A DNA stretch of 64,000 nucleotides, taken from contig NC_058368.1 in NCBI RefSeq assembly GCF_018350175.1, positions 142,974,001 to 143,038,000 of the forward strand, in the 5' to 3' direction. This stretch comes from Felis catus. Its lineage: Eukaryota. A program made the position numbers and the translations under genes. This document shows positions 1 to 12,769 of the stretch, one piece after another. The notes below the pieces were generated by a model that saw only the letters and a list, made by a program, of their open reading frames with translations, made no database searches and was not told where the DNA came from. The first letter of the stretch is position 1. The number at the start of each line of letters is the position of its first letter.

Positions 1-67
1 ACTCTGTCTCTCTCTCTCTCTCTCTCAAAAATAAATAAACATTAAATAAATAAATAAATAAATAAAG
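1..67 (+). mobile_element. 3' end of a CAN-SINE (CT tract plus A-rich tail)
   Basis: ctctgtctctctc...caaaaataaataaacattaaa followed by a (TAAA)n tail. Confidence 0.9.
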
Positions 68-709
68 CCTCAACTTTAAAATGATCTCATTTCATTCACC
101 CTTTTCAAGAGGATGAGTCCAGCTCTGGCAATGCTTGGACTCATGAAGCTCATCTCCTGAGGCTGAGCAGAGATAGACACTGTCTGCCATGACATGTGTT
201 TACCTCCCTTGCTATTATGACATGTAGGTAGTGGTGATGGCCAGTGTGGATGGGAAATGGAGAATAGCAGCGTGCAGGCAGGTGGGAGTGACCCAGCTGG
301 TAACAGAGGAGAGAGTGGGACCCACCTGATAGAGTGACACCTCCAGCTGCCCATGCACATTATTTGCATGAGAGAATCAAGCTTCACACATATTAGTATA
401 CAAGTGGTTCCCAACTTATATACAACTTGTATGAACACCCTTCATCTGGCCTCAATGCCACTTCTTCCTTCTTTTTTTGCTCCAATTCTTGCCTCCCCAT
501 ACTTGAACTGATGCCTAGACAATAGCTTAGCGTTGGGGGAGGATCCTTGCTTGGACAGGAGTGGGGACAAAATGGGGTCACCAAAAGGATTCTGATTTTT
601 TGAGCCTCTTAAGCTAGGAAAGACCAAGAAAATGGATCCAAGATGATGACATCTCTAAATATTCTCCATTGTATGAAGTTGGATCCTGACACTATACTAA
701 ATACTCATA

Positions 710-920
710 GTGTTAATAGCTAACATTTATTGGGAGCTTACTAAGGGTCAAGCACTGTACTTATATGTACTAATCCATTGCTACCCCTATCAACCCTGTG
801 AAATAGAAACTAATATCCCTGTTTCTTAGGTGAAGAATCTAGGCATGAAGAAGTTAAATAGTTACAAGGCCAGGTAGTCTGGTTCCAGAGTCATTATTCC
901 TAACTGCTACCCTGTGCAGC
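710..920 (-). mobile_element. MIR SINE fragment
   Basis: aatagctaacatttattgggagcttact...gaagttaaat...tctggttccagagtc resembles the MIR core in reverse orientation. Confidence 0.65.
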
Positions 921-1412
921 CTTGGTGCAGAACCTCTTCCCTGGAAACCCAGAATCCATCTTATAGATAAGGAAATTGAGCCCAGCAATGCTAAGAGGCC
1001 TGTCTATATCCATACAGCTTTTAAAGGAATTGTTGGGAAAACCCTAAAACTCCCAACTTCTAGAACAGTAATTCTTCTCCTATCTTTTCCTGACTCTGAC
1101 AGGTATGGGCGTTGAGGACGTGAAGTGGAAGTGTCTTTAGTTTCCAATTCTTGCTTTCCATAGAAGCTGTTCCATGTCCTTGCTGGTTTTGTTGCCCTGC
1201 TCTGGGAGGTGCTGGCTTCCTAAGATGTGGCACCCAAATCATAATCTGCCTGAATATCGCCCTCAGCAGGGCCCAGGAAAAGACCTACTGTCCTTCCTAA
1301 GACAGTTTACCTACTTTTTAAAAGAACTGAAAAACCATTCATCCTCAAGGATAAAGTCATCTGCCCCCCAGAACAGAACCTGCCCCAACTGTGAGATGAA
1401 CTTTTCTTTTAT

Positions 1413-1416
<4 letters not shown>

Positions 1417-1462
<46 letters not shown>
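1417..1462. repeat. (CA)n microsatellite
   Basis: Perfect CA run. Confidence 0.98.
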
Positions 1463-1464
<2 letters not shown>

Positions 1465-1489
1465 ACAGAGTGCAGGCTCTTGAACCAGA

Positions 1490-1665
1490 CTGAGAAAGGC
1501 CTAACCCCAGGTCTACCACGTAGTACTTAGTACTGGGGGGAGAGGGGAAAGAACTTACTTAGCCTTTCTGAGCCTCGGCTTCTTCCTCTAAAAAATGAAA
1601 ATCAGCCTCACAGGGTAGTTTTAAGGACCTATTGTGAATTAATACTTACCAAGCATTTAATGTAA
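1490..1665 (+). mobile_element. MIR SINE fragment
   Basis: ttacttagcctttctgagcctcggcttcttcctctaaaaaatg matches the MIR core. Confidence 0.65.
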
Positions 1666-1925
1666 GCTGTCATTATAGACAACATTGGATCTATAAAATT
1701 AACCCACGCTGAGAGATGACTTAAAAATGTCTTGTTCAGAAAACTTAAAAAATCTCTCAAGTCCAATGAATGCAGGGGAATTATAGGTCTGAAATAGTCC
1801 AAGCCCAGCATGGGCTTTAGTATTCCAAGGTCTGCCCTTTTCAGTCTTTCTCTCAGTATAACCTGAAGATATATCCCTCCTTCTTCTTGAGCATCCTGAG
1901 GGTGAGTATTAAAATGAAACACACA

Positions 1926-1976
1926 ATAAAATAAAATAAAATAAAATAAAATAAAATAAAATAAAATAAAATAAAA
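1926..1976. repeat. (AAATA)n pentanucleotide microsatellite
   Basis: Perfect tandem repeat. Confidence 0.97.
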
Positions 1977-3337
1977 CACATACTACCTTCTAAGGAAAAA
2001 CAATAATGTTCAAAGGTAGTATATTTAGAGTGAAGTATATTAAGAGAACAAAATAGCCCTATATATATATATATGAGATGATGAGTACAGAGACCCAGAC
2101 GCACGGTGGCGATAGCATGGAACATTACTGTTTGGCCACATTGGCATCTGTTTGTTGAGCTAGACCCAAGCTTCTAAACTTACCAAGCTCATTATCCTGT
2201 ATGCATAACAAGCCCAAACTCTGAAATTGCAGCCTTTTCTTCTTCTTTTTCCTTAAGCAAGATTAGATTCTGCCACAAAATATTCCTCATCCCCTATGTT
2301 AATATCTGTAAAGTAGTGATTGCAAATATGGGTTTGCATAACTCCCTGTACTGTACCCAGTGCCCACAAAGTCAGGGGGTGAGGGTGAAAGATTTGTTCT
2401 CCAAGTCATATCAATTTCAACATTTTTGTGTGTCTTTCAAAAACTGTCAGCATGTCCTCTTTTAATCAAATAAAACATTTATATAAGTATACATTGTTTT
2501 TTATTTTGGTTGATAATGCTAACATATTTTAAAATATGCCAAACAAAATCATGATAAACGTGTTAACTTAGAGGTGTTTAACCCTCTCAATTAATTTACA
2601 TCTATTTGTTTCAAATGCTTCATTTTCCTGATTAGACAGCAACAACAGTTTGAGAAATTATCAGAATCAATCACCACTTGGAATGTATGGTGTAGGCTTC
2701 TAAAAATGAAACTATACCTATTTATGAGTTGAGAACCGTATTATAGTTAAATCAAATAAGAGATAGGAAGCTGCAGTCAAACTTATTACATTCCATCTTC
2801 CTGGGTAGTAATTTAAATTTAAATAAATTTTATTTAAATCAATTCCATCCTAAAGTATGTGCATCAATGCAATCATTATGAATTGTAGATGGAGCAGATT
2901 TAGGTAAATAGCACTCAGAGATTAGTAGGATGAATAAAAAAAAAACCTGTCATCTTGTTCTGATTAGTCAAAGAAAACATCAGAGAATAAGCAACAATTT
3001 GGAGATGTCTATAATGTGAAAAGTGACTTTGTGACCTCAGAAGGGATAGAACAGGAAGAAAGTTTTCAAACTAATTTTGTTAAATCAATCCTACCAGATT
3101 TTCTAGACATTATATCAATTCATTTTTCTTGGTGCTAATCAACTGATGTTAAGGGTGTATAAGAAGAAATACAAATATAAATTTCCAAGAAGTTAAATGA
3201 ATAGTTAATCAGCATTATGAAATTTCAGCTTGTTTCCATCTCATCAGCCTACATTTCAAATTTATACTTATTTTATAGTATGCTTCAGGTTTTTATTCTA
3301 AGAAGCCATATCATCAAAATCAATAAGTAATCCATAT

Positions 3338-4073
3338 TGATGAGGGAGTGTGGGGCAAGCTGAGGGCAAAATACAGGCTGGCACACACACGTGCGCGTGC
3401 ACACACACACACACACACACACCAGTAGAATATGTGTGCTATACCTCAGACACTCCTGGCTATGAAAGAACAAAGGAAAGTGGTTTAAGTGCTTGCCATG
3501 GTGATGTGGGAAACTAGGGCAAATGAAAAATTAAAGTCCCTTGCTGCCTACAGTCCACTGAGGAGTCCTTGAAACCCGCAGAGTGACCTCCCTCTAGGAC
3601 CTCAGCTACCTTGATGATGACACTTTGCTAGGGGCAAAAGAGAACCTTAGCTTAACATTATCCCAACCTCCAGGATCCTGTAAGTTTACTTCTCCTAGCT
3701 CAACTGCCCCAAGGTATATGCTGGGGCGTACTCCAAGCCTATGGCTCCCCGATATACATCTGAAGGGTCTCATGATTGCGATTTATTAAATGGTAATAAA
3801 TAGAGTTTCCCTAGCAACAGCTAGCCCCTCAAGGTCCTGGAAACCTTGCTTCCAAAATTCCTTAGAGACTTACTCTATTCTTGACCCCCTCCCAACCTGA
3901 GGATATATAATGAGTTACCCATCAAGATCCCAGTACAGCTCTTCCCGCACATAGGACCTGTCCCCATGCTTTAATAAAATCACCTTTTTGCACCAAAGAT
4001 GTCTTCAAGAATTCTTTCTTGGCCCTTGGCTCCGGACCCCACGAACCCCGCCCATTACCCCAAAACTTCGCCA
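3338..4073 (+). mobile_element. ERV1-class carnivore solo LTR (family A, copy 1)
   Basis: TG...CA termini and a 4-bp TSD ATAT on both sides. Has TATA-like ATATATAA and AATAAA. Both ends are homologous to the copies at 11408 and 22194. Confidence 0.85.
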
Positions 4074-4662
4074 ATATGAAATAGTTATATGAAGGTCTGA
4101 GTCAGAGAGAAATCATTTGGACATAAAGAAGCCACTTTTTAAAGGCAAAAAATTTTCTGATTTCCACTCTGCCACAGTTACAGATGAAGTACAGATATTT
4201 ATAAAATTAAATGAATATAATGGCATTTTTCTTTATCATCAGCCCCAGAATCTTATTTCATTGAATTTACTTCCATTCTCTTGCCTGCCCATGACCTTAT
4301 CATTCTGTGATAGCAGAGACAGACAGTCTTTTATTTGTTCTGGGTGTGGTCACATCCATGCTGGGGAGCACAGCAGAGCAAAGCAGGATGCACGTGTATA
4401 AGCAAAACAGAGGAATACCAGCGATGTTATGGGTTTTATACTCAGTGGTGCTTCATATTAATTTCCTGTGATTTATGTCTTAATCCTTAATTGTTCCATT
4501 TTGCAATCAGCCACCAGCTGCAGATAATGCAGGTCACAGTCACCAGATTAGTCAGCCTCACACTCCTGAGACCATTCTGTACATTTGCCAACAGCGTTTA
4601 GGACAGAAGCCACCAAAAGGTCACAGTAGGCAGATGATTAGGTAAGAAAAGCTGGTTTAAAG

Positions 4663-5098
4663 CCATGGTTCTCAAAGTGTGATCCCTAAACTACCAGCAT
4701 CAGCATCACTTGGGAACTTGTTGGAAATGCAAATTCTTGAGCCCCACCCCAGACCTAATCAGAAACCCTGGAAGCAGAGTCTAGCAACCTGAGTTTTTTT
4801 TTTTTTTTCATTTTTTTTTCAACGTTTATTTATTTTTGAGACAGAGAGAGACAGAGCATGAACAGAGGAGGGGCAGAGACAGAGGGAGACACAGAATCTG
4901 AAATAGGCTGCAGGCTCTGAGCGGTCAGCATAGAGCCCGACGCGAGGCTCGAACTCACGGGCCGTGAGATCATGACTTGAGCAGAAGTCCCAAAGTCGGA
5001 CGCTTAACCGACCAAGCCACCCAGGCGCCCCTAGCAACCTGAGTTTTAGCAAGCATTCCAGGTGATTTTGATACACACTGAAATTCAAAAGGCATTGA
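4663..5098. mobile_element. MER5A (hAT-Charlie) DNA transposon interrupted by a CAN-SINE
   Basis: ggttctcaaagtgtg...cagcatcagcatcacttgggaacttgttggaaatgcaaattct is the MER5A signature. The SINE at about 4798-5031 (-) has TSD TAGCAACCTGAGTTTT. Confidence 0.85.
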
Positions 5099-5477
5099 AT
5101 TAGACTGATTCTCTAATGTCATGATGTTTTCTAAATGGAAGATGTGTTGATTTTATCACAAAACTTCAAAGGACCCAACATAATGTTCATATTACACTGT
5201 CCTACATATAGCTACGAAAAATTAGGGGAAATGTATCTGGGCATTTACGGGTATTTTAAAGAGCATAATATTTTAAAACACAGCCAGATTTGTAGTTATA
5301 TGCATGGAGTTTAGACCTATAAACCCTATAACCCACTAAGGCATTCTTTCTGGGAAGCAGCTTCCCAGAGTTTCCAGAGGTAAGGCTACCATCTCCCAGC
5401 AAGAGAAGCTTGGGATAAGGGCAAGAGCTCAGGCTCCGGGACACTTGGATCACCATCACCAAAGTGAGGTTCGTCTG

Positions 5478-5536
5478 TTCGTTCGTTCGTTCATTCATTC
5501 ATTCATTCATTCATTCATTCATTCATTCATTCATTC
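5478..5536. repeat. (TTCG)n-(TTCA)n microsatellite, probably the tail of an L2 remnant
   Basis: Tandem tetramers followed by an L2-like 3' end. Confidence 0.85.
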
Positions 5537-6753
5537 AATAGAACACCTGAGCTCATTTGTGTCTGGCAAAAATCCTTACCCTCACAGAGTTTACATCATT
5601 GCTTAACCAGGCCAGGAAGAGTCAGGACTGACCCACGGGGCAGCTGACATGGATAAGCATGTATGCTTAGCGAATGTAGAACACCTGTGACCCTCCCCAC
5701 TCCCATTCGATTCCCCCACTCTTTTCCTTTCCTGCAATCTCCCAAAAGGGTGCAGATGCCAACCTCCAACATGGAATTTGGCAAACCCAGTATTTGTTAC
5801 TGCATTTAGAGAATCAACAATTTATCTAATACTTAACTATTAAAAATGAATTCAAGAATTAATGAATGAAGGAGCGCCTGGGTGGCTCAGTGGGTTAGGC
5901 ATCCCACTTTGGCTCGGGTCATGACATCACTGCTCATGACTTCGAGCCCCGAGTCAGGCTGTGTGCTGACAGATCACAGCCTGCAGCCTGCTTCAGATTC
6001 TGTGTTTCTCTCTCTCTCTCTGTCCCTTCCCCACTCATGCTGTCTCTCTCTCTTTCAAAAATAAATAAACATTAAAAGATTTTTTTAAAGGATTAATGAA
6101 TGAAAAAAACAAAACAAATAATGTACTTTCCCTCTTTCTTTATCAGACTTTAGTTTTAAAATCTTGTTCCTTGCCTGGGTATAGTCTGTTGTCGAGAGGT
6201 TTTTGGTTGTTGCTGTTGTTTTTGTTTTTAATGAGCATAGTGGAATTTTTATGCGAGTATTCTACAGTGATATAAATTCATAGCCCTACTTTTTCTAAAA
6301 ATAAGTTTAGACCATACAGTAGCTTCCAATAGGACATAAACATATAACACATTTATTGGTATAGAAATATAATACCAAAACCATAAAAACAGGGAGGAAG
6401 CATATACTGTAGCCCCAAAGGCTAGCATGGTAACTGTGCATGGTTACTAATTATATTTATGTCAACCAGAAAAAGAAGAGTAATATACTGTTTTGCCCTT
6501 AGAATGGGAAATGAGGAAACCAGTTTTTCAGAAGGGATTTTTTTTTCCCTAATACTAAACCCTATGATAAAATAATCCCATCATGGAGTGCCTGGCTGAT
6601 TCAGTTGGTTAAGCATCCACATCTTGATTTTGGCTCAAGTCATGATCTCAGGGTTCTTGGGATTGAGCCCCACATTGGCTCCACACTGACAGCACGAAGC
6701 CTGCTTGTGATTCTCTCTCCCTCGTTTTCTGGACCTCCCCCGTGAACATGCAA

Positions 6754-6804
<51 letters not shown>

Positions 6805-6839
6805 ATAAAAAAATAAACATTTTTTAAGCTGGCGAAGTA

Positions 6840-6887
<48 letters not shown>

Positions 6888-8924
6888 AATAAGCCCATCT
6901 TGTAACACCTTATGTAAGGAGATATTTTAGGCTACATTGGTCAATAACTTCAATAGTTTTATAGAAAATCTGGTCCTTGCACTCTCTACAAGACAAATTC
7001 AGTAATGGGGGCACCAGAGAGGACTAAGTTAATGTTGCAAAATAGGTTTACAATAATCTAATGTGATACAAGGACAGATCTTAGGTCAGCAAAAAGTAGA
7101 TGGATAGTAAGTCCCTTTAATAATCTTTTCTCTGTCTAGGTTTTGAAAAGAGTGAGATAATTTAAAATTCAAGGTCATTCTCCAACTAAAATGTAGTGTT
7201 AGGATTTTATGTTGCTGACAGGTGGAAGATACATAAATCTTGTATATCGAGCAAGCAAGTAGCAAGACTGACATTCTGTTCAACAAGTCAAAAACCCCGC
7301 CACAAACCCTCTGGCAGAAGGGAAGGTGGGCTGCAGAATACCTGAGCCAAAGCCAGAATTCTTCAGGAAACACCTTTGCCTCCATTCTAGGACCTGGGTG
7401 AGGTCCCCGAAGAAACACAAATCCGCAGAATTGCGTGGGACTCATCTTGCTAGAAAGAGTGCCTGGGTAGGGCCTGGTGTACATAAGCTTGACCCGGAAA
7501 TTTTTCCGACCAGGTATCATCAATTTTGCCACTCAGCCATAGACAAAGTCCAGTAATGTTCCTGTGGAACATCTGATTGTGAACAGCATCATTTCCTGAC
7601 GTGCCTGCCAGGGCAAATTAGCTGCAAAATATACAGCCAGGCACCTGCACAACTTGACCTGCCGCATGGCACAATTGGAATTCTGGTCAAAAGACCACAG
7701 AAGGCAGCAGCTGAAACTCAAGCCATTCTTTCTGGCAGAAGTTAGATAGTGGAAACAATTGTGGATAGAGATCCTCTCTCCCCCACCCCTAATATGTGCT
7801 GTTAAAACTATATCATAATCGTACAGAGCCATGTCTGTATGATTTGCTATGGTAAAAAGACTTCTGTTCCAGTAATCAAAAAGAGACCTCCTTGACTTTG
7901 TTGTTTGATCTCACAACCTTTTTTCAGCTCCCTTAAATTTTGAAAGGGCATCAAAAGAAAGGTATTTAAAACCTAATAGTTAGGGATCTATATTAAGCCG
8001 TGTGAAGACCTACAGTAAGGATTGCCTAGTGAGAGAACAGGTTTGAACTGGTTTGTAGGGCAGTGAGAGGGGCTTTTTTTGCAGTGAGAGGGGCTACCCT
8101 CAAACTCAATTCCCAACTTGTGGTGGGAGTGAAGACCCCCTAAGGTCTCCAGGTGCTGGACATCTATCGCCTATGTTCAGTCCGCTTATGCCTAGGCACA
8201 TTTGTCCCTGAGCCATAGGAGACACTGTTATGCTTGCTGCATAGAACAGGAGCACAATGGAGTTCATTGTCCTTCTGCTGTTCTATAGTCCCATTCTGGG
8301 CTCAGACACACCCCAGCCCAAGCGTGCCTTTTTGCAAATGCTGAGAGACGGGTAAACCTGCCAACCTGCTCAAAAATAGTGTATCCTGCTGTTTACCCCA
8401 AGTTCATTGGGAGACAAGGCCTTAAAAGCCATAAAATAAAAAATTGAGTAGATCTGAGGATGTTTTAACAGTCATTTTCTTGGACAAAACATAAAAGGAA
8501 TCTCCTCCCTCCCCCACAGCTCTGGGCTGGGAGGTGACGAATCTCTGTATTCATCTCTGACATATTGTTATAGAGATTCTGTTCATAAAACGGTTTTGGA
8601 GGCACCTGGGTGGCTCAGTCGGTTGAGCGTTTGACTTTAGCTCAGGTCATGATCTCACAGCTTGTGAGTTCGAGCCCCACGTTGGGCTCTGTGCTGACAG
8701 CTCATAGCTTGGAGCCTGCATCAGATTCTGTGTCTCCCTCTCTCCCTCTGCTCCTCTCCCACTCGCTCTCTCTCTCAAAAATAAATTAAAATTTAAAAAA
8801 AAGGTTGTTGTCAGTTGTATTCTTTTAAGTATTTGCTTGATTTGGGTTCATCTCTTTGGTCTATTTTTTTACATTAATGTTTGGATAGGTATAAAATCCA
8901 AAAGGTACAAAATGTGTCCTTCTT

Positions 8925-9066
8925 ATATATATAAGATTATATATATATTATATTTATATAATATAATATTATTATATCATATATGTTATGCATAATACTA
9001 TTATATATTATAATAATATATTAATATGTATTTATATATTATATAAATATATGCAATATATATATG
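8925..9066. repeat. AT-rich low-complexity tract at the tail of a - strand SINE
   Basis: Degenerate (TA)n/(TAT)n sequence. Confidence 0.9.
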
Positions 9067-10777
9067 TAAGTTTATTTGTTTATTTTTTGAGAGAGAGAGT
9101 TAGTAGGGGAGGGGCAGAGAGAGAGGGAGGGAGAGGGAAAGAATCTCAAGCAGTCTCCACACTATCAGCACAGAGCAGGATGCGGGGCTTGAACCACGAA
9201 GTGAAATCATGACTCAAGTCGAAATAGGACACTTAACCGACTGACCCACCCAGGTGACCCCCTTCTTATATATTCTTATATATCCTACCAAATATCCAGT
9301 TTCCATCTCCAGAAGTATCCACTGCCTCCAATTTTCTTATATATCCTTCTTAAGATTTCCTATGCATATTAAAAAAATAGCAGAGCATACATATTTTTCT
9401 GCTTCTTGATTCTTTTTACTCTGCAGCATGCCTTGACAATCACTTCACATCAGGACAAAGAAATCTGCTTCATTCATTTTAAAAGTTACATACTGGGGTG
9501 ACTGGCTGGTTCAGTTGGTGGAGCATGTGACTCTTGATCTAGGGGTTGTGAGTTCAAGTCCCACATTGAGTGCAGAAATTATTTTCCTTTGTTATTATAA
9601 ACCAAGCTGAAGTTAATATCCTTACATTTCTTTCTTACATGTGTGAATATATCCATGAGATAAATTTCTACAAGTGGAATCACTAGTAAAAGGATATGCC
9701 TGTGTTTAATTTTATTTAAAAAAATGTTTTTTAATGTTTATTTATATATTTTTGAGAGAGAGACAGAGGGAGGGGCAGAGAGAGAGAGGAAGACACAGAA
9801 TCCAATGCAGGCTCCAGGCTCTGAGCTGTCAGCACAGAGCTTGACACAGGGCTCAAACCCACAAACCATGAGATCATGACCTGAGACAAAGTTGGACACT
9901 TAATCGGCTGAGCCACGCAGGTGCCCCTATTTTTTTTTTTTTTTTTTTTTTTTAGAGATAAAGTGAGTACGAGCAGGATAGAGGGGCAGAGGGAGAGACA
10001 GAGAGAGAGAGAATCTAAATCAGGCTCCAAGCTTGGTATGAAGCCCCATGTGGGGATAGATCCCACGACCCCAGGATCCCATGATAGATCATGACCTGAG
10101 CCAAAATCAAGAATCTGACACTCAACCAACTGAGCCAGCCAGGTGCCCCTATGCATGTATTTAATTTTAATGACTGTTGCCAGATTGTCCCAGAGAGGGG
10201 GCATTCACTACCCCACTAACACCGTGTCTGAATGCCTGTTTCTTCACACTATAACCAATTAAGTACGTGATCAAATTTTTTGGTCTTTGCTAATTTGATA
10301 GGTGAAAAAAAATTTTTTTTAAGTTTATTCATTTATTTTTGACAGAGAGAGAGCAGCAGAGGGAGAATCTCAAGCAGGCTCCACACTATCAGCATGGAGC
10401 CTGATGAGGGACTCGAACTCAGGAACCGTGAGATTGTGTGTGACCTGAACTGAAATCAAGAGTCAGATGAGTAACCAACTGAGCCACCCAGGAGCCCCCA
10501 TTAAACATGATTTTAGCTCTTGGGTTGATACATAGGGGTATTTGCTGTGTTTAGGAGGTATCTATCTGCAGCATTTTTATGTTATTAAGAGAGTTATTTT
10601 TATTTATGTATTTACAAGGGATAGAGCTTGAATTTTTTCAAATGCCTTTTAGCATCTGATTTCAGTCTTTTTAACCTTTCTCACCAACCCAGTATATCGT
10701 ATCTTATCATTTCTGTATTCGGCGCTTTACTTGTCCTTGGCCATCTAATCAGCAATTGCCTTCACCCCCACACACAG

Positions 10778-11170
10778 TGTAGTGGATGAGGCAGTGCTCC
10801 ACTCAGATCCACCCACCTTCCACATGTAGGTTCATACCTACATCCCTCCCTGGGAATTTTTCTAGGTCACAGGCACTAGCCAGCCCTAGCCCAAGGTTGT
10901 ACTCTGACTGGCTGATGCATGGGTACAGAGGGGTGTCCCCAAGGCCTCAGTTCGGGGACCCCTCTGCAGACCCATCCCAATTCCACAGCACCTCACAGAA
11001 TAGGCTAAGGCCTTAACGTTGCAACTGCATAGTGAGTCGGTTTCTCTCTGTGTCCCAGCCCTCCTCCCCCATTTCTTACAGGTGTATCTCCCAAGAGTAC
11101 TCCTTAATAAATCTTCTGCATGAGACTCTTTGTCTCAGAGTCTGTTCCCAGGGATCCCCATCTATGACAC
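10778..11170 (+). mobile_element. LTR16-like ERV-L LTR
   Basis: Starts tgtagtggatg...ccactcagatcc and ends ttacaggtg...aataaatcttctgcatg...ctcagagtctgttcc...tatgaca, as in the LTR16 group. Confidence 0.7.
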
Positions 11171-11192
11171 ATAGAAGCCTGTGAACCCCTTT

Positions 11193-12629
11193 GTGATAGA
11201 TATTTTCCACTTGTCCTTATATATCTCCACTCTTTCCCACCCAGCTTTCTTCTCCAGAAGGCTCATTTCTGTGGGTTTTATTAACAGGGCTCCTGTGCAC
11301 TCTGGCTTTCTACTGGATTTCGCCAATGGAGTGCCACAGAAGATTCAAGGGAGGGAGAAGAGTAAGGTTGGAGACTTATTCGCTGATCCAAGTTGGATGG
11401 GTCATTTTGGTGAGGGAGCATAAGGCAAGCTGACTCCCCAAGGGGGTATGTGTGATATTCTTCAGGCACTCCTGCCTCCTAAGAACAAGCAAAGGACAGA
11501 AAACAAATGGTTAAACTGATAGAGTCTCCATCAGTTTACAAATATCTTAGTAAAATTACAAGAAAAGGGCAGTCTTATCAATAGGAATCTTATCAGTTCC
11601 TAATCTCCAGGAACTCCCTACTGTCTTAACATAATGTTTTGCTAGAGGGAAGAACAACCTTAGCTTGACAACAGCTAGGCCTCCGGTAATCTGTAAATCT
11701 TCTTTAGCATGTGGAAATCCCTTAAAAAAAACTTCCTCTTGACTTTATCTCCCCCAACTCCATAAGTATATAACCAGTCACTCTTTACAACCCCGGGTAC
11801 AACTGTTTTCTGCCCGGGGACGCTATTCCTGCACTTTAATAAAATCACCTTTTTTCAGGGTGCCTGGGTGGCTTAGTTAAGTGTCCGACTTCGGCTCAGG
11901 TCATGATCTCGCGGTTTGTGAGTTCGAGTCCCGCGTCGGGCTCTGGGCTGACAGCTCAGAGCCTGGAGCCTGCTTTGAATTCTGTGTCTCCCTCTCTCTC
12001 TGCTCCTCCCCAGCTCATGCTCTGTCTTTCTCTCAAAAATAAACATATAAACAAACAAATAAAATCACTTTTTTTGTACCAAAGACATCTCAAGTATTCT
12101 TTCCTGGCCATTGGCTCCAGACCCCCATCACTCCAAAACCCCATCAATTTCATTAATGGAGGGTCAATGCTGCTGTCAAATTGGCCTGTTCCACAGGATT
12201 CCATCTTTTTATGTTCTGGCAACATCTGCCTTCTTTGTCCCCTCAAACCTAGAGATGTTAAAAACTCCATTGCCACTATCACTTGTGGTCCCCTCCACCA
12301 GCCACACCTTTTTTTTTTTTTTTTTGGTTTATTTATTTTTGAGAGAGAGAGAGAGACAGTGTGAGCTGGGGAGAGGCAGAGAAGGAGACAATCAAAGCAG
12401 GCTCCAGGCTCCAAGAGGTCAGCACAAAGTCAGATGTGGGGCTCAGGCCTCGAACCCACAAGCCATGAGATCATGTCTTGAGAGGAAAAGTCAGACACCC
12501 AACTGACCGAGCCAGCCAGGTGCCCCACCCACACCTATTAAACTAGTCTCCCTTGTAAATAAATTCTCCTTAAATTATTCAGATTTGATTATACCATTTA
12601 TTTCCTTTAGGGACCAAGATTAATATACA
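11193..12629 (+). mobile_element. LTR33-like ERV-L LTR, split by a family-A LTR and a SINE
   Basis: ctctggctttctactggatttcgccaatgg...gggagggagaagagtaaggttgg matches the LTR33 5' part. The 3' part resumes after 12146. Confidence 0.65.
11408..12146 (+). mobile_element. ERV1-class solo LTR (family A, copy 2) containing a CAN-SINE at about 11858-12060
   Basis: TG...CA termini with 4-bp TSD ATTT. The SINE is flanked by a TAAAATCAC(C)TTTTT duplication. Confidence 0.85.
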
Positions 12630-12769
12630 CCCATCAGATGTAAGGAGCAAGCTGAATTCTCCCATTGCTTCCTGCCTATAGTGACAAAGTTTTAACACAG
12701 GAAGAAAAAAGAAGATGCAAGGGCTTAATAATAGCTAATGTTTACTGAGTGCTTATTATGTGCCAGTAA

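Larger units (their letters stand above)
1103..7749 (+). pseudogene. Candidate decayed multi-exon protein-coding gene of unknown family
   Basis: Repeat-free segments bounded by consensus splice sites: acceptors at 1102 and 7221, donors G|GTGAGT 1901, AG|GTAAGA 4641 and GAG|GTAAGG 5379. Reading frames are interrupted by stops and frameshifts. Old repeats fall only in the inferred introns. No homolog recognised. Confidence 0.35.

Noticed and set aside
1..8500. Possible BHMT/BHMT2 exons (JMY's neighbours in human)
   Set aside because: No translated segment resembles BHMT, so those genes probably lie outside the window.
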